Shown piece after piece: positions 12,401-21,084 of a stretch of 64,000 nt of DNA. Made by a program: the position numbers and the translations under genes. The DNA is from a virus (taxonomy: Duplodnaviria > Caudoviricetes). The stretch lies in IMG/VR virus record IMGVR_UViG_3300028048_000045, positions 160,001-224,000 of that record; one strand, 5' to 3'. Position 1 is the stretch's first letter. Each line of letters begins with the position of its first letter. The notes under the pieces were generated by a model. That model made no database searches and had not been told where the DNA came from. It saw only the letters and a list, made by a program, of their open reading frames with translations.

Positions 12401-13393
12401 ATGTGTAATTGCAGGAACTTTATATCTATAAATTACATCATTGAGAATGTAAAATTCCAAATCACCAGAAACGAAAGATACTGGGAAATTAAGAGTCAAT
12501 AAATTACCATTTTTACTAATAGAATCGACAATGAATTCTTCACCATTAACAAAAGCTAATATTTTCTCTTTTACAATTTCCAAATTTCGATGATCGTCAT
12601 ATTTGTATTTACTGTCGGTTAAATCAATAGTTATAGAACTACCATTGATTTTACCACGATGATATAAACATTCTGATCCAGACTGTCTATAGTCGATTGT
12701 AAATACACAATCTATATTAGAATTATCGTCGTAAATATTTCCAGGAATGTATTTTTTAGGAATAAATACATCTGTATACATTTTGTTTGAATAAACAAAT
12801 ACTTCATTATCCGGTATTTTTATACCATTTACATATATAAAAAGAGAAGCAAATTCATTTACAACAAGTTTATCAACTCGCTGTAATGGAAATGAGCTAA
12901 TATCTTTTTCAAGTATTTCTTTATCGCCAAAATGCTGAATTACCGTATTTGTTTCTGGATCTACTGTAGAATTCAATGAAGTAGCTGAATAAAAATGTTT
13001 TTTAGTGATATAAGTATCAGAAATTTCATTTTTATAACAACTTTTATCATTAGTTCTAACTGTTCCACAATTAACATATTTACTATTGATTACAGCATTA
13101 GTCTTAAACTTAAAATAAGGAACCGATACAGATTGAATTTCTTTATCAGATACTTTAGTAGTATCCATAAAAAATTGAGTTAAATCTATATAAGTTCCAT
13201 CATTAAGAAGACCTTTGTTATTATCAAATAAATTTAATTGGGTTTTAAAATCGTTTCTAACATTACCACGTTTTACATACTCTTGACGTACATCAAATAC
13301 ATTATTAGCATCTGATACACGAGTCATTGCTTGCCAAGAGGGATCGTTGTTTCGGAGTATGGTATAGTTACTTTCTGTAAGAATTACACTCAT
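9428..13393 (-). CDS. large probable virion (tail/baseplate) protein
   Basis: 1321 aa with recurring hydrophobic-x-V/I-N-G-x-K turns (IYVNGIKI, AFVNGEE, IFINGKKM). Confidence 0.55.
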   Translation of the reverse strand: MSVILTESNYTILRNNDPSWQAMTRVSDANNVFDVRQEYVKRGNVRNDFKTQLNLFDNNKGLLNDGTYIDLTQFFMDTTKVSDKEIQSVSVPYFKFKTNAVINSKYVNCGTVRTNDKSCYKNEISDTYITKKHFYSATSLNSTVDPETNTVIQHFGDKEILEKDISSFPLQRVDKLVVNEFASLFIYVNGIKIPDNEVFVYSNKMYTDVFIPKKYIPGNIYDDNSNIDCVFTIDYRQSGSECLYHRGKINGSSITIDLTDSKYKYDDHRNLEIVKEKILAFVNGEEFIVDSISKNGNLLTLNFPVSFVSGDLEFYILNDVIYRYKVPAITHVDEDTNKLHFYINDDYKVDIISGPITKSALSFFYDGKRIDDSKIIQTSRFSFEYSITETDFDENKVDFFIEDIDKKVDDVAYSSYGDDYYLLNMLGVRRCVDRMRGHYTYSIFDDLKYQTSFKEVLSKNGDLFDVQKAINKYDKLKLERNTATSRAKELITERPTLLRRLMEQWKNPSKRFLVYGNAEDVKVTSVSKIENVNQNVYYKIYVNHQLIDFTKYSTVREANIDYIIIDKSCFKPLVQDETGKYVSGVNTVEIFQFDLTYREKSIYRANLSEFSELGYDDEGNKVYSKRFTYDQLPFGEEFLTDDVCAIEQVCKKWYDSTQDEYYLVYPTKDNIGYRMVKKFYITDRDETGLTINVQLYEAEKTEGYFFILIKQYNVIEELIYSNIDQSYMSDNDLIIPIYSKYIIYNHTTKLDSNGNSYDELTGVNEVIDFIPYINNSEPIISKNGLELIYGKDYTFINPEKNKAIASSFIVLKAQPTTNDIFTVQFNSTKTNILIVGYDDLVINNRYGLIYLSELKYPVSTEYMNIFINGKKMSAYDIDILSDKLIRVHNITRPIRTILITTNLQYKESEIQDYIDLYQPTAFEKLLEEIFWKCDPSKPNEANRPNVDFVYKMNPYYSDFVGDEEENYSNQYYKEYTDYIIAHGYDILPTDNFEDVIQRPSKSEEEKYEAWQKAKIFFEVYKGNHGFVTDVDSVKQIENPEESTESENAFSDTLELMYINWLANSGKTKTQGFKDLDIDPIVLKYFSVFENVIINDRLDIVIDANRYYDGMMPDVINPIREVNVVDGTVKHIYPGSTIDLRRSFFYMILLDTFDNSEDDLIIDFATGEDKLVKAMCQNKLSNILYPIDFPLDPDKKGIKWTGTDVDIVNFGYGWNSEILEDACEKALMIKAREYVEDCSILKYLGIRYILNKIYPLKYVYNMDFDAEDGYYASIENALIKFLSSKDGLDDNLDSEQYDTYKALAKRKAKELINIIYPNTFKL

Positions 13394-13496
13394 AAATAAC
13401 CCCTTTTTATTAATAAAAACTATATATTAATGTCTTCGAATAAGAATATAGACAGGGTATAAAACCCTGTCTATTTATCGTTTTTATTAAATAAAT

Positions 13497-15272
13497 TTAA
13501 GTTCTTTCAAAGAAATTGAATGTAAAGAAATCAAAATCTTCTTTACTTACAAGTATACGATTATTATACTTCTCAAATTCGTCTGCAGAATTAAAGAATT
13601 GATAATATCTAACATTATTTTCCATAGTAGCCGACCAATGCTGAATATCCTGTAAAATATTTTCGAGATATAACGAACTAATATTAATGATATTTGAGGA
13701 CAGTTTTACTATAATAGAAAATAACTGATCAACGATGTTAGTATATTTTGAAGTATCAAAACCATTTTCCTTATCATTAGCTAATATATATTCCATATCT
13801 TTAGTATTAATTTTAACATCTTTGAAATAAAGACATCTTAGTTCTTCATACAAATGGTGTAAAACATAATCTTTATACATTTCACCAGCTTTTCCATACT
13901 TTATAGCTTTATTTATACAATTAATGAAACAGTTTTCAATCATTTTATATACTTCAAATGGTTTATGCTCAGGATACCATTTATCTAAGAAAATATCCGG
14001 ATTCATATAAATCAAATTGAAGAATTCATTGCGAAGTTCTACAATTTCTTTCATATTCTTAGATATCATTTCGAAAACATTATGCATAGCATTAATATCT
14101 ACAATAAAACTATTATTAGATTTCATATAATCTCTATTCATAGATTCTATAGTCGAAATCATTGTATAAAGTTTTGTTGTAGCAGCTACGCTTGTAGATA
14201 CCGGATCTTTTGGCTGATATGTTTTAATTGTATCATCTTTGTATAAATCTTTTTCATCAGATGCTATATCTGAAAGCATGTCTGTAATCAATTTATAAGA
14301 TGATTGTTTAGTTTGTAAAGCAAAGAAATAATCGTAATTTGTCCTGAACTTAATCAAATAATCTTTGATAACTTTAGCAGTTCTAGAATTATAAATAAAA
14401 AGTTCATTTCTAATGTTTTCAATTACATCATCTGTAACATTTGTAGATACATCTAACCTAGAATATCGTCTAATTATTTCGATTAAACACATTATTAAAA
14501 TATAATTTAAAATAGCTGGTAGATCATAATTTGACAATTCAAGGTTAATATAATAATCTTTTTCAGGATCAGCTCTAGTATTAATTACATCAACCAAAAT
14601 CTGCTTATTACTATCCAATTTCTCATATTCATCTTTAGTATGTCTACCTACAATACTAAAATGATCTAAAAGCTTTAAAGGATCACCGATTAAATTTGTT
14701 CCGGTATTTGATATCGCAACTGGAACAAATTTAAAATTCTTAAGAGATTTTTCCAGCTTGTTCAAAATTTTATTAGAAATAGAATTTACATATTCATCGT
14801 CGATAAGAAAACTAGAAATCGCAGATTCGATACAAATAATAAATGGTTTTTCATTATTGTAATCCAAATCTTCTTTAGTCATTCTAGAATATTCGGCTTC
14901 AAGAATAGGAATAAAATATTTGTATTTGAATGTATTGTAGAAATTGATTTCGAAATTTTTATCAAATACAATACTCATTAATTTTGAAACAATCGGCATT
15001 AATAATTTATCAATAATCAAATCCTTAGATGTATTGAATTCATCATTATCGCGATCATAACAACTAATAGGCAGCACCACAATGTCATTTTTCTTATATT
15101 TTTTACTAAGTTTAAAATATTTACAATTATCCAATGTGCTGGCAAAATAGTCTACATCGGCTTTCTTAAGTAAAAAATGTCTATATGCCCGTTCATATAA
15201 TGATTTAGCATATGGTCTATCCTTAATGATATTTACAAAATCATAAGTGATATATCTAGTTTCTCTTTCCAT
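13497..15272 (-). CDS. hypothetical protein
   Basis: 591-aa ORF. Confidence 0.75.
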   Translation of the reverse strand: MERETRYITYDFVNIIKDRPYAKSLYERAYRHFLLKKADVDYFASTLDNCKYFKLSKKYKKNDIVVLPISCYDRDNDEFNTSKDLIIDKLLMPIVSKLMSIVFDKNFEINFYNTFKYKYFIPILEAEYSRMTKEDLDYNNEKPFIICIESAISSFLIDDEYVNSISNKILNKLEKSLKNFKFVPVAISNTGTNLIGDPLKLLDHFSIVGRHTKDEYEKLDSNKQILVDVINTRADPEKDYYINLELSNYDLPAILNYILIMCLIEIIRRYSRLDVSTNVTDDVIENIRNELFIYNSRTAKVIKDYLIKFRTNYDYFFALQTKQSSYKLITDMLSDIASDEKDLYKDDTIKTYQPKDPVSTSVAATTKLYTMISTIESMNRDYMKSNNSFIVDINAMHNVFEMISKNMKEIVELRNEFFNLIYMNPDIFLDKWYPEHKPFEVYKMIENCFINCINKAIKYGKAGEMYKDYVLHHLYEELRCLYFKDVKINTKDMEYILANDKENGFDTSKYTNIVDQLFSIIVKLSSNIINISSLYLENILQDIQHWSATMENNVRYYQFFNSADEFEKYNNRILVSKEDFDFFTFNFFERT

Positions 15273-15275
15273 TTT

Positions 15276-16625
15276 TTAAAACTCCTTAATTACTCTAAAT
15301 TCGATATAATTGTTTGGATTAATTATTAAATCTTCATCAATAACTTCATTCCACCTATCAATAAAATTATACTTTTGTACATTAGACAAAGATGTTTCAT
15401 TTCTAGTACAAAAATATTCACTTATTGTTTTAAGTCTCTTATACATTTCAGTAGTGTATACTGGCTGTGGTTGATTTTTATCAAAACAAGCTACATATAA
15501 GTTTTTAAGATCACCCATAATATTCATAGCTACGTTATTATGTGTACGCATATGCTCAACGATAGATTTAACATATTGTGTGAAATCTTTAATGTTATCG
15601 CTATTATTCATAATAGCTTTTTTATTACGTTTAACGCTTAATATAGAATCGCAGAATGTAATAACGTTTCTAAGATACTTAACATTTTGTTTGATATTGA
15701 TAAGATTCTGTGTATAATAAAGATTTGAATCAGAAATAATTGATTTAATTTCAGGATATTTTTCTTTATTCTTATCCAAGAACCATCCGAACGATTGTTT
15801 TATTTGTGTAACAAATGCATATCTAATCGAACGTTTGATAATAGTGTATACTAAAGTTGATGCCATAACACCATTTTCTTTCAAATCAATTTCTTCAAAA
15901 ACATCATGATTAATATAATATTTCAAAGCATTATAACCAATATCATCTACTAAAATAGATGATGGTACTTTATCAAATTTAAATTCATTATCAAAAGAAA
16001 ACGTTTTACGAAGTTTTTCAGAAACATAATTTGGTCTGAAAAATAAATCATAAACAGAAATATCACATTTCTCATAATCATTCATTTCGTAAATATTATA
16101 ACGATTGAAAGATATAAATCTTTTTGTACAAAGATGTAAAACATTCAATGTTATTTCGTTTATAGCATCATCGAATTCGCTATAATGATTTATAAAATCT
16201 GTAAAAGCAGTTTCAAATGGAAAAATTGTAGATTTTAATGAAATAGATTCCACAGTATAATTTCGAACTGTCGAAGCCATTTTTGAAAAATAGATTTTAG
16301 CATAAGTTTTATAAAACTTTTCTAAAAATCTGCTATCTATAAAAAATCTGGATACTTCACCGTGTACTATGAAAGTTAAGAATTGAGAAAAAAGTTTATC
16401 AGGAACATTATTGAATAAACAATTAGATGGAAACTTAAAACTTTTTTCATCATGATTATAAAAAACAGTTCCAATGCATGTTTTTCCAAAATATTCAAAA
16501 ATATTAGAATATTTTTTATTACAAGAAAATTTATATGTTCTAGTTGAAAGTATTTTATTTAATGAGGCTTCATTTTTAATTTCCGAATAATTTATAAAGC
16601 CATATGACGGATTTATACAGGCCAT
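15276..16625 (-). CDS. hypothetical protein
   Basis: 449-aa ORF with GGAGG RBS. Confidence 0.75.
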   Translation of the reverse strand: MACINPSYGFINYSEIKNEASLNKILSTRTYKFSCNKKYSNIFEYFGKTCIGTVFYNHDEKSFKFPSNCLFNNVPDKLFSQFLTFIVHGEVSRFFIDSRFLEKFYKTYAKIYFSKMASTVRNYTVESISLKSTIFPFETAFTDFINHYSEFDDAINEITLNVLHLCTKRFISFNRYNIYEMNDYEKCDISVYDLFFRPNYVSEKLRKTFSFDNEFKFDKVPSSILVDDIGYNALKYYINHDVFEEIDLKENGVMASTLVYTIIKRSIRYAFVTQIKQSFGWFLDKNKEKYPEIKSIISDSNLYYTQNLINIKQNVKYLRNVITFCDSILSVKRNKKAIMNNSDNIKDFTQYVKSIVEHMRTHNNVAMNIMGDLKNLYVACFDKNQPQPVYTTEMYKRLKTISEYFCTRNETSLSNVQKYNFIDRWNEVIDEDLIINPNNYIEFRVIKEF

Positions 16626-16696
16626 ATTTTACAATCCTCCTATAAAAAAAGAATGGTATCGAAATGATACCATTCTTTATATTTCAGAATTTAATT

Positions 16697-17374
16697 CTAT
16701 CGAATCATATCACTAAGATTAAATTCAGCAAATACTGAGTTTTTACCAAAGTATTTGTTAAATGCTGAAATAATATCAGCTTTGAATGAATTTAATCGTT
16801 TAATAATAAGTTTACCATATTCTGGAGAATAAGGATCAACCTTTTTAGTATTGAGTTCAGCTTCAATTCTTTCAATTTCTGACCAACTTGAATCGTAAGA
16901 AGAAACTGTATCTTCTTTAAGAATCGATTTAACAGTTGCTTTATTGAAACGTTCATCGTTTGAATCTGCAACCTTGTAGCTTGCACGAATAAATTCAATC
17001 TGATTGTTGATTGTTCTGAGTGCGTCATTTACACTAGAAATTGCTTTTGAGAATGGGTCGGGAACATTATGTGAATATTCAGGATTCATTGTTTTAAGAT
17101 GTTCCTTAGCGATTTCTTCAGCAATTTCTTTGATCGAAGCATTTGGCTTGAATTTGTTTTTATAAGCATTGAAAAGCTTATAAATATCAGATGATGAATT
17201 CATCAAACTAGATCTTGTTATTACAGACAATTCTTTGAGTTCATCACCTTTCATAGCAGCACCAGGAATACGTCTGATAACTGTAAAAGGAATAATGTTG
17301 TGGTACGCATGATAATTATATTCATCCAAACACTGTTTAACGAAGATTTTATCTTCCATTGTCATTTCACTCAT
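16697..17374 (-). CDS. hypothetical protein
   Basis: 225-aa ORF with GGAGG RBS, directly downstream of the RNAP subunit. Confidence 0.75.
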   Translation of the reverse strand: MSEMTMEDKIFVKQCLDEYNYHAYHNIIPFTVIRRIPGAAMKGDELKELSVITRSSLMNSSSDIYKLFNAYKNKFKPNASIKEIAEEIAKEHLKTMNPEYSHNVPDPFSKAISSVNDALRTINNQIEFIRASYKVADSNDERFNKATVKSILKEDTVSSYDSSWSEIERIEAELNTKKVDPYSPEYGKLIIKRLNSFKADIISAFNKYFGKNSVFAEFNLSDMIR

Positions 17375-17392
17375 TTTCGAGTTCCTCCATTT

Positions 17393-18892
17393 TTACGCTT
17401 CTTTTTTAAGTTCAGGATTTCTAAAGTTATGACTTTCCTGTGGAACAAATCCGAACAAGAACATACAAAGATCTTTAGGTAAACCGAAAGCATCATTGTA
17501 AACTTTATATCCAGAAACTTTATCTACTATAAGATGTCTAGGTGAGAATGCTTTTCTAAATGCTTCACACACACCAAGTTCTTTAATACTGTAAAGTGAT
17601 AATGTGTCACCATCGAAGTCACCATTCCATGCAATAAGCGATGTTAACGGAACTTTCATATGATTTTCCCTTGCATTAGGAATAACATCAACAACTCTAA
17701 GCATCTGTAAAGAACCAAGATCCATTGTAGGCGGTCTGTTTACAAGACACCACAATCCATCTTTATTATTGGCTATTAACCATTTCATGGTTTCATACAG
17801 AACCGGATTTAATTCATGAGAATATCTCTCAATATCCATCCATTCTGTAATTTCATAAATAGTTCTATCTACAAATGCATTAGTTGTAACTCCACGTTTC
17901 AAACAGTTAATGATTTCATATTTATACAATTCCAAGAATGCTTTATATGAAATAACAATCTGGTCAATACCATAAGTTTCACCAGTATTTGCAGCGATAA
18001 CCAAACGTGATGACCACGACATCTTAGTACCTTGAATGTTGCGTCTAAGTAACTTTTTCTTCCCATCAAGTTTCTGAATAATCATATCATAAAGACTATA
18101 AAGAGACTGCTGAATAGTATAAAGATACTTATTAATATTCATATACTGATTTGTAATCTCAGATTTAGCAATTAATGAGGCATTATTAATAATAACCGAA
18201 TAGGTTGAATTTATTTTATCATACCTCATTGTTTTTTCAGCAGAATTGATAAATGCTGGTCTCAATTCCTGAGACAATACATTTATCTTAGATGTCCAGA
18301 TTCTGTTTTTAAAATGAATTAAAAATTCAGCTTCTCTAGGTTTTCTTTTAATTTTACCATAATAAGCAATAATTTCTTCATATCTTTTATAGAATTCTGT
18401 CATACCGATTTTTGAGAAAGGATGTTTCTTATCGAATTCAGATGTACCAATCAACAGATTTCCCTGAAGGTCAATGTTATCATTAAATGAAATTATATCA
18501 TCTAATGTCGAAGGACCTATGAGATCTTTAATCTTGGCATAAGCCGATGGCTGAATTACCTTATGTGTTCCGATATTAATCCATCCGTTTTTATCAAACA
18601 GAACATCATAGTTATTTTTTACTATCTGATGACAGATCGGACATTCTTTTCCTTCCCAAATTCTTCCAACATAATGGCCACAGTTAGGTGCACAAGAATA
18701 TTCACTAAGGTCAACATTATCATCAACAAGTTTTCCCATTTTATTTGAATAGAGTCCACCTTCCTGAGGAACAATCTTTTTCTTTACAAATTTAATACCA
18801 TCTTTATTGGATAGAGTTACAGCTTCCCCTTTCAATACCTGGTCAAAATGAATAGCTTCTTGGTTTTGATATCTTAGATATTTTGTTCCCAT
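17393..18892 (-). CDS. phage multisubunit RNA polymerase, beta' N-terminal half (catalytic)
   Basis: Zn-ribbon C..C...C..C, GKKKLLRRNIQG, NRPPTM and the catalytic NGDFDGD motif; ends shortly after the motif, as in split phiKZ/AR9-type RNAPs. Confidence 0.92.
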   Translation of the reverse strand: MGTKYLRYQNQEAIHFDQVLKGEAVTLSNKDGIKFVKKKIVPQEGGLYSNKMGKLVDDNVDLSEYSCAPNCGHYVGRIWEGKECPICHQIVKNNYDVLFDKNGWINIGTHKVIQPSAYAKIKDLIGPSTLDDIISFNDNIDLQGNLLIGTSEFDKKHPFSKIGMTEFYKRYEEIIAYYGKIKRKPREAEFLIHFKNRIWTSKINVLSQELRPAFINSAEKTMRYDKINSTYSVIINNASLIAKSEITNQYMNINKYLYTIQQSLYSLYDMIIQKLDGKKKLLRRNIQGTKMSWSSRLVIAANTGETYGIDQIVISYKAFLELYKYEIINCLKRGVTTNAFVDRTIYEITEWMDIERYSHELNPVLYETMKWLIANNKDGLWCLVNRPPTMDLGSLQMLRVVDVIPNARENHMKVPLTSLIAWNGDFDGDTLSLYSIKELGVCEAFRKAFSPRHLIVDKVSGYKVYNDAFGLPKDLCMFLFGFVPQESHNFRNPELKKEA

Positions 18893-18968
18893 TTCATTTC
18901 TCCTATTACTAAAAATAAAAGAACTAGATATATTTCAATCTAGTCCTCAAATTTAATTTGGTATTGAA

Positions 18969-19895
18969 TTAGAAGCTCATGTTCTGCCAACCATTGTTAT
19001 AATTGTAGTTGCCACCATTGTACATTCCGCCACCAATATTACCGCGTGGAGAACCAAGCAATTGAGAAGCAAGGTTAAGAGCAGTATCAAGTTCAGAAGA
19101 CATCTTGTTAGCAGTGTTACCATAAGATGTAGCACGAACTGCTGGAGTAAGTGTTCTGTTTGCATTATTTGCTACGTTAATTGCAGCGTTTGCAATCTGA
19201 TATACTCCCTGAATTTTTGTATTGTTTGACTTAGATACAACGGATCTAACAATAGAACCGATAAATGGAATAGGAAGAATACTTCCAATTCTGGAAGCGA
19301 TTGATTTAGAATCATCCGCCAATTTATCAGCAACAAATGGTGCAACAAGTGTTGTAAGACCGATGGCTGCACGTGTCTTTGTGAAACTATCAATAGGCAT
19401 AACCTGCATTCCATTAGCTTTAGCTGTAGCCTGATCCATAGTTTTCTTAATAAGAGCATGCGCTGGTGTATAAAGATTTACCAAGTTAACAATGTTTCTG
19501 ATATCGTTAAATGTCATAACACCATTCAATTTTTCATCAATCTTGGCCTGACATTTTCCACCGAAAGCAATAGTATCAACTGCCTGGAAAACTGGTAACG
19601 CAGAAGCAATACCCAAACAAAGCAAATCATTTTTATTAACATGATATGGTGTAGGATCCTTACGATGCTTAAATACATCAGCAATTACTGGGATAGCATT
19701 TGCACCTGTTGTTACAATTGCAGATGTTAATGCTGCTTTCTTTTTACGATTCATGATAATTTTAGCATCAGAATCCCCAGTATTTACAGATTCCTGCTGT
19801 GCTTCAGCACCTTCATACACTGTTTCAGCATTGAAGTCACCATATTTAATTTCTTCTGAATCACCTTTGTTTTCATATGCATTGATCTTTTCCAT
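18969..19895 (-). CDS. hypothetical Ala-rich protein with hydrophobic helices
   Basis: 308 aa, GGGAGG RBS, Gly/Asn-rich C-terminus. Confidence 0.7.
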   Translation of the reverse strand: MEKINAYENKGDSEEIKYGDFNAETVYEGAEAQQESVNTGDSDAKIIMNRKKKAALTSAIVTTGANAIPVIADVFKHRKDPTPYHVNKNDLLCLGIASALPVFQAVDTIAFGGKCQAKIDEKLNGVMTFNDIRNIVNLVNLYTPAHALIKKTMDQATAKANGMQVMPIDSFTKTRAAIGLTTLVAPFVADKLADDSKSIASRIGSILPIPFIGSIVRSVVSKSNNTKIQGVYQIANAAINVANNANRTLTPAVRATSYGNTANKMSSELDTALNLASQLLGSPRGNIGGGMYNGGNYNYNNGWQNMSF

Positions 19896-19912
19896 CTTCT
19901 AATTCCTCCCTT

Positions 19913-21049
19913 TTAGGCGGTAGCCTTTTCATTTTTAACGGTTTCTTTTTTTGTTGGAAGCTCTTTTACTTCAAGCTTTGGCAAAGCTGCTGGTTTTACA
20001 ACCTCAGTATTTCCAGCAACTTTCTTACTTTTAATCATGTTTGAAATTGAAGTTACTGCTACACCACCGATATTTCCATAAACAGAAGTATCAAGCTGTC
20101 CATTAATAGATTTTCTTGTAGCATACTTAGCAATAATTTCATAAGCTTCACAAGGCTGACCTTCAGTGATAGAATATGAACATCCATCGATAGACTTAAG
20201 ATCTTTAATATCTTTAAAGTTTCTTACACTCTGAAGAACAGTTTTGCTTACAGCAGACAATGCACCAAATGATGTCAATGCTTTTACAACACCATTATTC
20301 TTGGCTTTTTCTGGAAGGAATTTGTTAAGAGCATTAGATGCTGCGAATGGAACAACGAATCCAATACCAACATGTTCAGCAGCATACTTAAACTTTTCTT
20401 TATTAATTGCTTTATTAATAAGATCAGCTTCTGCTGATGAAATATTGTTTGGATCAAACAAACCTTCTACAGTATCTTTGTTTCCTGAGAACCAATAAGC
20501 TGATGCGAAATCAACCAATGATCCGACAACACCAACACCAAGAACATTCTTAGTATTGAAATTTTCTGTTTTATGAAGATATGAATCAGAAAGATACTGA
20601 AGTGCAGCACCTGTTGAAATGTTAGCAAGTGCACATCCTGCATTTGTAATATTTTCAGCACGAGATTTTGTTTTATCAAAACCTGTAAGTTTCATAACAA
20701 CCTTTGCTGCTTTTGATCTGTCTTCCATCATAATGGTTGACTTAAACTGTGCGAATGTTTTATTAAGTGCTTCATTACGAGATGCATTTGTAACTGGATG
20801 TGGTTTAACACCATTAACTCCAACTTTTGTAGAATTAGAATGTACAATTCTATTCATATATTCTGAAGCGTCAAAATTGTCATTTCTAACTGGACCTGTA
20901 GGGTTGTTAGATTTAACACTTCCTTCAACATTTGCCTGGCTGACGATTTTATTCAAAGCGTCAGCCTCGACATTAGCTGTAAATTCTTCGCCAAGTACAG
21001 CACGAATTCTTCTACTTGGATCTATTGAATTACCATCATTAATAGCCAT
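19913..21049 (-). CDS. hypothetical Ala/Gly-rich protein with hydrophobic helices
   Basis: 378 aa, GGAGG RBS. Confidence 0.7.
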   Translation of the reverse strand: MAINDGNSIDPSRRIRAVLGEEFTANVEADALNKIVSQANVEGSVKSNNPTGPVRNDNFDASEYMNRIVHSNSTKVGVNGVKPHPVTNASRNEALNKTFAQFKSTIMMEDRSKAAKVVMKLTGFDKTKSRAENITNAGCALANISTGAALQYLSDSYLHKTENFNTKNVLGVGVVGSLVDFASAYWFSGNKDTVEGLFDPNNISSAEADLINKAINKEKFKYAAEHVGIGFVVPFAASNALNKFLPEKAKNNGVVKALTSFGALSAVSKTVLQSVRNFKDIKDLKSIDGCSYSITEGQPCEAYEIIAKYATRKSINGQLDTSVYGNIGGVAVTSISNMIKSKKVAGNTEVVKPAALPKLEVKELPTKKETVKNEKATA

Positions 21050-21084
21050 TTTCGAGGCCTCCTTACAATTAAATTATATAAACG